Part shown: positions 1 to 9,600 of the stretch, piece after piece
Position numbering within the stretch: the first letter of the stretch is position 1
Layout: each line of letters starts with the position of its first letter
NCBI GenBank assembly: GCA_045107075.1
Contig: JBGCFV010000047.1
Location: 17,351-81,350, forward strand
Direction of reading: 5' to 3'
DNA length: 64,000 nt
From: Gammaproteobacteria bacterium
GTDB taxonomy: Bacteria > Pseudomonadota > Gammaproteobacteria > Steroidobacterales > SZUA-146
The notes under the pieces: model-generated
The model's input: only the letters and a program-made list of their open reading frames with translations
What the model was told of the DNA's origin: nothing
Databases searched by the model: none
Program-made: the position numbers and the translations under genes

Positions 1-1
1 G

Positions 2-403
2 ATAGCGCTCGAAACCGGGCGCACACAGGAGGCGGTTCAGTATCTTGAGCAAGCCGCTACATCCGATTCAGACGTAGGCCGCGCCGCCGGCGCTACCCTC
101 GCCAAGCTACAGCTTCAAAGCAATCCTGAACGCTACCTTCAAGGCCGCCTCGGACTCGATAACCGTGGTTACCTTGTTGTTCAAATTCAAAATGCAGCGC
201 CGGTTGCTGTCAATAACGTACAGCTCGCCATTGTGCTACTTAACCAGCAGGGTCAGATAGTGCAGAAAGAAACCCTTAACGTGCGTGAGACACTACCGGC
301 TCAGCAGGTGCGAAATTTGCCTACGCGACTAGGGCCCATTACCGATCAAAATCAACTTCAATTCATGCGCGTCGTGGTCGAACGCGCACAGGTTGCTCAA
401 TAG
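2..403 (+). CDS. 3' fragment of a larger gene; TPR-like helical C-terminus, product not identifiable (5' end outside window)
   Basis: Frame 2 is open from the window edge to TAG at 401-403 (..LETGRTQEAVQYLEQAATSDSDVGRAAGATLAKLQL..VVVERAQVAQ*). It is missing from the ORF track only because no start codon lies inside the window. The TPR-like call is by eye. Confidence 0.4.
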   Translation: MALETGRTQEAVQYLEQAATSDSDVGRAAGATLAKLQLQSNPERYLQGRLGLDNRGYLVVQIQNAAPVAVNNVQLAIVLLNQQGQIVQKETLNVRETLPAQQVRNLPTRLGPITDQNQLQFMRVVVERAQVAQ

Positions 404-560
404 CCCGACAGCGGTGCGCGTAGCTGCGCGCACCGCTGGGTCGCCCTGTTCCACAATCAATACTCTGGTGACCTAGCCGCTCGCTCGTAATGATTTCCCA
501 ATTCGTTTCACACCTTCACTCGTTGTAAGAGCCACCCGGCACAACGGCGGATTTACCAAC

Positions 561-983
561 ATGCGTTTGATCTTAAGCAGCTTCCTCATCACCCTAACCA
601 CGACCTGCCTGGTTACCATGATGGCGGTGTTTCTCGGTAACGAGTCTCGCACGCTGGGCATTGCCCTCCTCGTTCAAGCGACTCTGACCCCATTTGTCGT
701 TGCGGTATACCTGTACTACACCTGGCTCGCCACGACACGGGTTGGGCTTGGTGATCTGCTCATGCTGTATCGACGCTTCGTCGCCGGCTGGATGTGGTTC
801 GTATTCTGGTCAATTAACACACTCGTCATCGCGGGCGAACTGTCCTTTTTTATCGTTGAGTGGGCGTCCGACGAGCGTCCGCCGTGGCTCCAGCACGTGC
901 CGTTATGGTGCGCCGCGGCCTGCACGTTTGCGGTGCTAGCCATCTACATGTGGGGTCGCGTACGACACCCGGAAACCGACTAA
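561..983 (+). CDS. hypothetical integral membrane protein
   Basis: 140-aa ORF with four hydrophobic stretches (LILSSFLITLTTTCLVTMMAVFL, IALLVQATLTPFVVAVYLYYTWL, WMWFVFWSINTLVIAGELSFFIV, LWCAAACTFAVLAIYMW). No recognisable family. Confidence 0.4.
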   Translation: MRLILSSFLITLTTTCLVTMMAVFLGNESRTLGIALLVQATLTPFVVAVYLYYTWLATTRVGLGDLLMLYRRFVAGWMWFVFWSINTLVIAGELSFFIVEWASDERPPWLQHVPLWCAAACTFAVLAIYMWGRVRHPETD

Positions 984-1074
984 AATCTGGCTAGCCGACA
1001 TCGCGAGCGCACAGACGTTTACGCGCTATACTGCAACCTGTGCTGCCTTCTGTGTAGGGCGTTGCTATTCACTC

Positions 1075-2877
1075 GTGTCCACATCAAACCAATCAAGAGC
1101 CATTTTGAACATGCAAACGATGCCCCACATTCGAAAATTGAGTTACGTTCGTAAGGCCGTCGCAATCTGCCTCGCTATGGCTGTCGCGTCATGCGCGAGC
1201 AACAGTCCGAAAACGACAGACAACGTGACCCTTTCTGTCATAGGTACTAACGACGTACACGGCCAGCTTCTCCCCGGACGCTTTAGCGGCGGGATGGATG
1301 TATTTTCCGGCTATTTAAATGCCGTCAGGTCAGCTAGACAACTGGACGATGGGGGCTTTCTTTTAATTGATGCCGGCGACATGTGGCAAGGCACTCTGGA
1401 ATCAAATCTCTCCGAAGGGTCCGTAATGGTCGAGACCTACAACGCACTGGGCTACGACGCGGCCACCATTGGAAACCACGAGTTTGATTTTGGTCCGGTT
1501 GGCGAACGTTCTACGCCAAGTAGTCCAACCGAGGACCCTCGCGGCGCGATAAAAGCTCGAGCGACCGAAGCCGACTTTCCACTGCTCGCCGCCAACCTGA
1601 TTGATTCAAGCACCGGGCGTGCGGTCAACTGGCCCAACGTGCAACCGTCAATTATGGTCAACGCAGCGGGCGTAAAGGTAGGCATTATTGGTGTCATGAC
1701 GTCTGGCGCTTTGGCAGCCACCATAGCGGCAAACGTAGGCGGACTGAGCGTGGCGCCGTTAGCTGAAATGATAGAACAAGAGGCACGCGAGCTACGCGAA
1801 CAAGGGGCTAAGGTGATTATTGTTACCGCCCACGCCGGCGGCAGCTGCGGGAACTTTGATGATCCATACGATTTGTCATCGTGTAACCCGGACGACGAAA
1901 TCATGCGAGTCGCCCGTGCTTTGCCCAAAGGTCTGGTTGACCAAATGATTGCTGGCCATCACCACAGAGGCATCGCCCACTTCGTTAATGGCATTGCGGT
2001 AACGGCTAGCTATTCGAGCGGCCGCAGCTTTGGCCGTGTTGACTACACCCTTGATCGCAATAGTGGTGAGGTACTTAAACGGAACATATTCCCTCCTCGT
2101 CGAATTTGCCCTTTCATCGAAACAGTCAGCGGCAAATGCGCTTGGGTAAATGACCCTGAAAAATCACTGAACGTTGCCACGTACGAAAATCGGGACGTAA
2201 CGGCGGATCCTAAGATCACCGCCATTCTAGACCGTGCACGCAGTAAGGCGCAGGAACTAAAGGCCAGAAAGCTGGGAGTCTATTTGGCCACACCCCTAAC
2301 GCTTGAGAACCGTCCGGAAGCGGCGCTGGGTCATTTAATGACCGATGCACTCCTCGAAACCTCCACTGCGGATGTGTCATTGCACAACGTGAGCGGGGGC
2401 ATTCGTGCCAACCTGACCGCTGGCGAACTCACCTTTGGCAAGGTTTACCAAATGTTTCCGTTCGACAACCGGGTCGTGCTTCTTAACCTGACCGGCGCTG
2501 ACATGCGCAAGGTAATTGCCAAACAAGCCCACAAGGAAGAGAAACGAGCGGGATTTTCAGGCATGAGTGCATACGTTCAGTGTGACAACAACCAAATGAA
2601 GGTCACCCTGCGCCGCAAAGATGGTTCGGAAATTTACGACACCGATGTCGTGAAACTCGCGGTTAACGACTTTCTGGCCCTGGGTGGCGACAACATTCTC
2701 TCGCCTGTTCTTCCTGAGAACGGCTTTGCGTATCCGAGTGACACACCGCTTGCCAGAGACATGGTCGTTAAATGGCTAACTGAGAAAGGCGGCACACTGA
2801 CAGCAGACCAATTTCTTGGGGAACAAAATCGTCGCTGGCATATGCCTGACAGCATACCTTCTGACTGCAAACTATAG
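1075..2877 (+). CDS. bifunctional metallophosphatase/5'-nucleotidase family lipoprotein (UshA-like)
   Basis: Calcineurin-type metallophosphatase motifs GTNDVHG, DAGDMWQG and GNHEFDFG, plus a C-terminal 5'-nucleotidase-like half. Lipobox-like AVASCAS. The start is uncertain: GTG at 1075 or ATG at 1111. Confidence 0.85.
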   Translation: MSTSNQSRAILNMQTMPHIRKLSYVRKAVAICLAMAVASCASNSPKTTDNVTLSVIGTNDVHGQLLPGRFSGGMDVFSGYLNAVRSARQLDDGGFLLIDAGDMWQGTLESNLSEGSVMVETYNALGYDAATIGNHEFDFGPVGERSTPSSPTEDPRGAIKARATEADFPLLAANLIDSSTGRAVNWPNVQPSIMVNAAGVKVGIIGVMTSGALAATIAANVGGLSVAPLAEMIEQEARELREQGAKVIIVTAHAGGSCGNFDDPYDLSSCNPDDEIMRVARALPKGLVDQMIAGHHHRGIAHFVNGIAVTASYSSGRSFGRVDYTLDRNSGEVLKRNIFPPRRICPFIETVSGKCAWVNDPEKSLNVATYENRDVTADPKITAILDRARSKAQELKARKLGVYLATPLTLENRPEAALGHLMTDALLETSTADVSLHNVSGGIRANLTAGELTFGKVYQMFPFDNRVVLLNLTGADMRKVIAKQAHKEEKRAGFSGMSAYVQCDNNQMKVTLRRKDGSEIYDTDVVKLAVNDFLALGGDNILSPVLPENGFAYPSDTPLARDMVVKWLTEKGGTLTADQFLGEQNRRWHMPDSIPSDCKL

Positions 2878-2904
2878 ACCAGTTTGCAGCCTGTAGGTGC
2901 CCTG

Positions 2905-3180
2905 TCACCACCAACTGAAATTGAGAATGCGCTGAAGCACGGACCAAATTTTACCCAAGGCATCAATCAGTAATTTGGGCGACAGAAAACCGACAATAGC
3001 CGCCGCTACGGCTGTTATCCAAAGTAAGTTTACTGGCAACAGCAGGGCTGCGCCGGACGACCAGCGATTGACGGCAAACCAAATCACAAAGGCCGTTGGT
3101 ACAAAAAATATTAGCGCAAAAAAGACGCCTATGAGCCGATCACCAAGATCAAGCTTTTCATTATTCATTTTGTCTCGCAC
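2905..3180 (-). CDS. small hypothetical membrane protein
   Basis: 91-aa ORF with two or three hydrophobic helices (LIGVFFALIFFVPTAFVIWFAV, LLLPVNLLWITAVAAAIVGFL). No family recognised. Confidence 0.35.
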   Translation of the reverse strand: MRDKMNNEKLDLGDRLIGVFFALIFFVPTAFVIWFAVNRWSSGAALLLPVNLLWITAVAAAIVGFLSPKLLIDALGKIWSVLQRILNFSWW

Positions 3181-3382
3181 TTTAATTTTTGATTATCGGC
3201 ATCGCCTTAATCATATCTCAACAACAATTAGTTCTCTAACCCGCTCCACACCTTGTGGGGTCCGTGCGTATCGCCTCCGAAGAAAATGTCCATCGTTGGA
3301 TTGGAACAAATGCTAGAGAAACCGACGGAACCTTCTCTGTTCCGGCTCAACCACTGAGTCAAAACAACCATGACTTCAAATA

Positions 3383-3874
3383 TCAACTCGCGTCCAAACA
3401 GGCTATCCAACGCTCCACCTGAGCGCGATGAGGTGACCAAGCCGTCCAAACCTCGCCAGCCCATTGCTCTACCAGATAGCAATGTTGTTCAGCCGTCTTC
3501 GCTTGAATGACATTTTCCACTGTTAGCTCGCCTTTGTTGGGCGGCGGCTCAAGCCAGGTAAAATCCAACTCTTCAACACTACGACCAATCACCGCAGTAG
3601 CTTCTTGATGAGACAATTTGCGTTCCAGAACCATAAAAAGTGATATGAGGTGAACCGCGACTGACTGAACAGATTGCCGTGATGGACGCCCCGGGTGCTG
3701 TACGGCGTAGGCATCAACCGTCAAACGATGAACTGCCATATAATCGGGACTACTGTATTCTCGCGCCAGTATTTTTCCGTACGTAGCCCAACACGCCGGG
3801 GAAGACTCCATGTAACGATGAACAGGCCCATTTAATGAGGGTGATTCTAGTTTACATCCTGGGCACGTTTGCAT
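3383..3874 (-). CDS. hypothetical protein, Cys-rich N-terminus (resembles DUF5946 family from memory)
   Basis: 163-aa ORF with CPGC near the N-terminus and the stretch HRLTVDAYAVQHPG..SVQSVAVHLISL. The family name is recalled, not searched. Confidence 0.45.
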   Translation of the reverse strand: MQTCPGCKLESPSLNGPVHRYMESSPACWATYGKILAREYSSPDYMAVHRLTVDAYAVQHPGRPSRQSVQSVAVHLISLFMVLERKLSHQEATAVIGRSVEELDFTWLEPPPNKGELTVENVIQAKTAEQHCYLVEQWAGEVWTAWSPHRAQVERWIACLDAS

Positions 3875-3993
3875 TGAATTACTCTGGAAGCTGAAGTTTA
3901 TTCTTGGTTTGCTCCAGCTCTGTTTTTAGAATTCTACGAGAATAGTCTATCTAACATTTCTGGCATTGATTAATTGCTGGCAAGGAGAACCGA

Positions 3994-4854
3994 ATGTTGA
4001 ATGTAAAAAAAGCGCTTGTTTTTGGCGCTTCATTCATTGTTTTGGGCTGCGGTACACCTAGCGTACCTGACTCGAAAACTAATTGGGACCGTTATGAACA
4101 AGAGCTACTTGATATTGTCGACGGAAAAGAATGTGGTTTGGGGACCACTGCACTCGGATTCTGCTCGTCAGATGTCTCTTCTGCACGTTACAACTCGCAG
4201 ATCATGGGCAAGGAATGCAAGGGCGATCCGGTCACCTATTTGCGCAACATATATGAGGCGTCGAGTGCGACCGAGATCGATCGAGCCAAGTCGAGTATTA
4301 AACAAGCACTGCAGCGCGACTATTTCGCTACGCCGCTTCCAAACTCAAATTCAGAAAGATTAATCGAAGCCCTCTACCACCGGGATCAAGCTTTAAGATT
4401 TCTTAAAATTGCTGATGTGGAAGCAGACCGGAACCTAATGGACTCAATCAAATGGGTAACTATTTGCGGACATGCCTATTTTGCCAAATTGAAAATAGAC
4501 AGTTACCTGGATCAACATGGTTTCAAGGCCTTGGAGAACGATAAAGACTTTGCCAAAAAGGCGTGGATACTGATTCAGCACAGCGATTTCGATCCTGACT
4601 ATCAGCTTCGACGGTCAGATCAATTTGCTCAATCCCCGCACACTCATATGAAGAAATTCGCGGGCTACCTCAAAGACAGAGGTTTGGTGGGACTTGGCAA
4701 GGAGCAAGTATGCGGCACTCAGTTAACCTGCATTAACGGAGAACGTGCGCCCTTCGCCACCTCGGACAGACGTCGTTTAAACGAACGCCGTTTATCCTTA
4801 GGCATGACGACCATTGAAGAGCGGCTCGCTAAAGCGAGTCGCTGTCGAAAATAG
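3994..4854 (+). CDS. hypothetical lipoprotein
   Basis: 286-aa ORF with a signal peptide and lipobox (FIVLGCGTPS). An RBS-like aaggagaa lies upstream of the ATG at 3994. Confidence 0.5.
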   Translation: MLNVKKALVFGASFIVLGCGTPSVPDSKTNWDRYEQELLDIVDGKECGLGTTALGFCSSDVSSARYNSQIMGKECKGDPVTYLRNIYEASSATEIDRAKSSIKQALQRDYFATPLPNSNSERLIEALYHRDQALRFLKIADVEADRNLMDSIKWVTICGHAYFAKLKIDSYLDQHGFKALENDKDFAKKAWILIQHSDFDPDYQLRRSDQFAQSPHTHMKKFAGYLKDRGLVGLGKEQVCGTQLTCINGERAPFATSDRRRLNERRLSLGMTTIEERLAKASRCRK

Positions 4855-4863
4855 CTTATCTTT

Positions 4864-5475
4864 TCAGAAGTCTGCTGTTTCTTTAAACTTAAAGCGTACG
4901 GTAATACTCTGAACGCCATCAACGATCTTGATATCTCTCACCGCGCCGAAAAGCCCCTGCTCTTTTGACCGAAGCTTCATTTCTTTTGTAACCGCCGGGT
5001 CATCTGACAGAAAGATTTTGGTCGCCCACTGTCGCCCGAACTCCTCTGACTCAAGCGTAAAATGAAGATGAGCGCCTTCCCGGTGAAGGTGATCTGGAGC
5101 AGGTCGAATCGTCTTAAACTGAAACTTCCCGTCTACATCTGTTTGTATCCAACCCTGAAGCTCCCAGGTTGTAAATTCCCGGTCGTTGGTTCCCAATTCG
5201 AAACCGTCATGATCCCGGTGATACGCGTGCACGATCACGTCGCTCGCGGGCGTTCCATTTGGCTGTAAAACGGTGCCATTGATGACAAGCGGCGTGCCCG
5301 GCTCGTCTTCAGTCGCAATCGTACTGTGAGAGACCAACACGGCCGGTCGTCTCTCCTGCGCCTCAGCCCAGCTCTTTAGCCACGCCGGGTCTGCTTGAGC
5401 GTGGCTGCTCTCGATTACAAACGTAGCGCTCACCGTGATCAAAATGCTCAGCTGCAAGATGTGCCTGATAGTCAT
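4864..5475 (-). CDS. secreted intradiol ring-cleavage dioxygenase-fold protein
   Basis: Signal peptide (..TFVIESSHAQA). GTPLVINGTVLQPNGTPASDVIVHAYH, GWIQTDVDGKFQFKTIRP and GAHLHF match the conserved blocks of the intradiol dioxygenase C-terminal domain. Confidence 0.65.
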   Translation of the reverse strand: MTIRHILQLSILITVSATFVIESSHAQADPAWLKSWAEAQERRPAVLVSHSTIATEDEPGTPLVINGTVLQPNGTPASDVIVHAYHRDHDGFELGTNDREFTTWELQGWIQTDVDGKFQFKTIRPAPDHLHREGAHLHFTLESEEFGRQWATKIFLSDDPAVTKEMKLRSKEQGLFGAVRDIKIVDGVQSITVRFKFKETADF

Positions 5476-5784
5476 GTGCGCTCATCCTTTTTCGATTTTT
5501 CTAACTCTGGCTACCCATAAGTGTACGGTAACCATTCCGGTTAGCCCAATGTAGGATTGCGCAAATAGAGCAAGGCCGGGCAACAGCATTGCGGAGGTGG
5601 CCCAACCGTACATATGATGATCCGCGGACCTGGTTTAATCGCCTAGAACTAGTGTTTAACCGTTTTCGGAAACTTGACCGTAAAGCGCATTCATTTTGAA
5701 GGCATTCACACCGATAAATACGTTTTGCACTTAGATCTGTGGAAATTCCTTTGGTAAGTCGTACGGCTATGTTTTGCCGCTCGA

Positions 5785-6381
5785 CTATCTAGAGCCGCGC
5801 AACAGTCGAATTCCGCTCAGGGCAGAAAGAAAGAGTAGCGCCGCACCGGGTAGAGGGACCTTCGTAGTTTCATATTGAATGCCGACTTGAACAAAATCTT
5901 GAAAGTTGTCTTGATTTGCTACGAACTCGTCATTTTGAATTAACACATGGAAGCCACCGCTCAGTAGCAACTCGTCCAGTAAAAACTGCTCCACCTCAAA
6001 TTCAAACGAGATCATGACATCGAGTAGCGGATCGGTGAACAGAAAATCAAAGTTAAGTAAATTGAGGCCTTCAATTGTGTCATCTCTTACGCCTATAGAG
6101 GTTAACTCAATCGTTCCGGGAATAGATTCAAAGCTTAAATTCGCTTTTTCCCCAAACGGCTGCGTGTAATCACCGCGTGCAACAAATGTGAGCAACGCAC
6201 CGCTTCCGTCACTCTCGGGCAGGTCTGAGAACTTGATATCAAAAAACTGGCCGTCCTCGTCTATGTTTTCTGTCGCCTCGTAAGAAAACGTTGACGCTTC
6301 AACCTTACCCGGAGCTACCCAGCAGATAGCGAGAGTAACGAGAACAAGAATGGATAGCGAAAGAGTGTATTTGTGAGTCAT
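5785..6381 (-). CDS. secreted protein with VPLPA/PEP-CTERM-type sorting tail
   Basis: N-terminal signal peptide. The C-terminus KVPLPGAALLFLSALSGIRLLRGSR* has the motif, hydrophobic helix and basic cluster that define exosortase substrates. Confidence 0.6.
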   Translation of the reverse strand: MTHKYTLSLSILVLVTLAICWVAPGKVEASTFSYEATENIDEDGQFFDIKFSDLPESDGSGALLTFVARGDYTQPFGEKANLSFESIPGTIELTSIGVRDDTIEGLNLLNFDFLFTDPLLDVMISFEFEVEQFLLDELLLSGGFHVLIQNDEFVANQDNFQDFVQVGIQYETTKVPLPGAALLFLSALSGIRLLRGSR

Positions 6382-6559
6382 GTGAAATCCTTCTGCTTAT
6401 TATTTTATGTAGATTGTACTGATCTAATTCAAAGATCAACTGCCTTCTTTTTTAATCTTGACAGCTCAATTTCAAAACGTTCGTATATGCCATTCAGCAG
6501 ACCTGAGCAGGATCGAACTCTTTAATATTAGGCCAGTGAAACACCCGCACGATACGTCA

Positions 6560-6596
6560 AACGATTCAAAAGAACCGGCCAGCAAATGCTGGCCGG
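6560..6596 (-). terminator. rho-independent terminator candidate after the 1330-aa gene
   Basis: Stem CCGGCCAGC (6575-6583) pairs with GCTGGCCGG (6588-6596) around loop AAAT. On the minus strand it is followed by TTCTTTTGAATCGTTTG. Confidence 0.5.
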
Positions 6597-6608
6597 CGTC
6601 CTTAGGTG

Positions 6609-9600
6609 TTAAGTCCCACAACTCGTGTTGAGTGCGCTTGGACCAGGCGGGTTCAAGAAACGCGACTGGAACGGCGCAATGTCGATAAAGTTAACCACAC
6701 CGTCGCCATTGATATCTGTATCAAGATCACCGGTAGACAGGAAGTCTCCGGTGAGTATCGCAAGGTCAACGAAGTTGACGATGCAGTCGTTGCTGAAGTC
6801 AAAATCGCACACGTTGCCGATACCGTCACCGTTTGAGTCACGTTGATCAGCGTTTGCGTCTAACTGACAGTTGTCGAGCGTGTCAGTGATACCGTCTGAA
6901 TCATTGTCCCCTACCGTTAACCACTCAAAGCTAACCGATGTTTGTAAGCCGCTTGACCCGGTAGTGGCGGTAAGAGTGACTGTATACGTACCACCAAGAC
7001 CCGCGGTGGCACCCGATATAACGCCTGTGTTTGCGTTGATGCTCAGGCCCGCTGGTAAACCGTCAGCGACGTATGAAATGGCGCCCGAGTTGTTGTCGCG
7101 AGCTGTAACCGCGACATTAACCACATCGCCCACGTTGTTTTGCTGCGTACCCGGGTTCAGCACGTACGGCGGGAAGTTTCCATTGGGCGCGGAAGCGGCC
7201 GGCTCGCTATCGTCAATTTGCAACAGATAGCTGGCCAGGTTATCGAGGTCGCTGGCGCCGAGACTTGTGACGTCTATGCCAACCGTAGCCTCGTTAGTGT
7301 GAGCGAGTATGGCTTGTTGCACGGTGGCTGCTGAACCGTCGTGCAGGTAAGGCGCACCGTGCCAGAGTCCGCGCAGCGTTGGTGTATCAAGCCCCCCATC
7401 CACCAACGGCGTTCCGAGGCGCCCACCTGTATCGGCGTCAACGGTTCCAACATTGTGGAAGAATCCGCCCAATGGGCTGTCGGTGAACTCGCTGTTCGCG
7501 TGGCAACGACTACAGTTAGAACTCGCGAACAACGCTTGTCCGGCCTGACCGTCTGTGGTCAGGTTGCCATTGCTGGCTCGATTTGGGCTGTCGCCCACCG
7601 AGTTCAGCGTAGCCGTGTAGCCAGCCAGAGCGTCTAGGTCGACGTTCAAACCACTCTTCGGCACACCCAGCGTGTCAGATGTCAGGGCAAAGTCCGCGTT
7701 GGAAAGCAAGCCTGTACCATCGAATACGCCACGAATGTCGTTTTCGAAATCGTGAATCTCGTCGAAGTTAGCCGTCCAGTGTACGTTGCCGTGAGCAATA
7801 CCACCGCGACCACGCAGGTCGATAGTGTTGCGCAAGCCTTCGCCGCCGTCGGAGAAATCCCACGTGCGACCATCGTGACCTGCATCGTCGTGACACGTAG
7901 CGCACGAGATATATGCTTGAGAACTCAGACGTGAATCAAACGCATCGAAGAACAGCTTCTTACCGGTCAGCACAAACGGGTTGAGCGTTTCGGCGACAAC
8001 GGTCGCTACTTCGGCATCCAGCGAAATGCTGTTTTCGATACCCTGCATTAAATTGCTGGCATCGTAGACTCCGACCGTGCGGTCAAGATAGTTATGCACG
8101 TACAGAAGCTCACCGTCAGGCGACAGCGCAATACCGCGCGGCGCAGTTCCGGCTGTTCGCGTCACAATAATTTGATTGGCGTATACGTCGAGCACGTGAA
8201 TGGAACGACTGCCCTCGTGAACCACGTACAAGTGGTTTCCGTTTGGACCAAACAGAGCCGCCGTGGGCTGGCTGTTGTCGTCGAAGTCAAAGCGTTCTTC
8301 TACCAACTCCTGCTGAGCCGTCATGTCCAGACGCGCCAGCAGACTTCTGACCAAGCGGTCGTGCTCGCGAGGGTTTCCGTCGCGGAACGAACCGCGATAG
8401 ATGTTGCTGATGTTGGAAGGCACAACGCCTACGGTTGCGTCCGGAGATAAAGCGGCACCCATTACGTAGTTTGGAACACCTCGCGATGAATCCTGCGTAT
8501 CAATTTCATCGTTGTACGCCAGCACCATCGTATTCAGAACGGTCATACCGCCGGTATCCACTCTCGCCACTTCACCACCGCCACCGGTCGTTACGTTACG
8601 AGTGCTTTCGCCGGGAACCGGAGCCGTAATAAAGCGCGACACATACAGCTCGCTGCCGTCGGCGTTGAGCGCCAAATCGCGAGGTCTGAAATCAAGTGCG
8701 AGCGAAGAGTCAATCTGGTTCAGTGCCAGATTAATTTTGACGACACGTTGCTCGGCGAGCAGAGAGACGTAGGCAGCCGTGCCGTCGCTGTTAACCACAA
8801 TCGAATGCGGGCTGGCACCGTAGTCGAACGACATCACCGTCGAGACTGCGAACGTGTTTGTATTGATTTCGGAGATAGAGTGCGAATCGCGGTTAATTGC
8901 CCACAGCGTGTTGACATCAATTTGAGCAATACGCGTTGGATTATCTCCTACACTGATTTCCTGCAAGAACAACTTATTTGGAACGTTAATGGCCGTAACC
9001 GAATCGTTGTCAGTGTTTACAGTCCAAACCAAATCGTCAGCACCTGCACGCTCTTGATACAAAATAGTGCTGGATGAAACGGGCTTCGTTGCCGATAACG
9101 GTGCATGCACGTTCTGGAAGAAAATAAACTGATCAGAGCCAACCGTGTCGGTCAGCGTAACCGTAACCTGGTAGCGGCCAGGTTCTGCAAAGGTATACTC
9201 GAGCGTAGGATCGGTGCCGGTAAACTCTTTACCACCATCACTAATACTCCACGAGAACTCGGGGGCTACCCCACCTGTGACAGTGACTTCCATTGTGCCA
9301 GCAACGCCCGCTTCGAGAGTAACCGGGACAATTCCACTGAATTCAACAATCGCTGGTGCTGCGTCGTTAATGTAAATTGCGTAACGACCTTCGTGAGCGA
9401 AAACCAAATCCTGGTTACCGTCAATGTTAACGTCGGTAATCACAACGTCGTAGGATTCTTCTACTCGCCACTCCGGGTCCGCAAAGACGTCAAAGTTGCC
9501 TGAGAAATTGCCCGTGGTGATAACCATTTCATTCAATTCATTCCGCGGATCTGGATTCAAACCCGTACCCAGCATTTCAATACTGGACATGATGTAGTCA

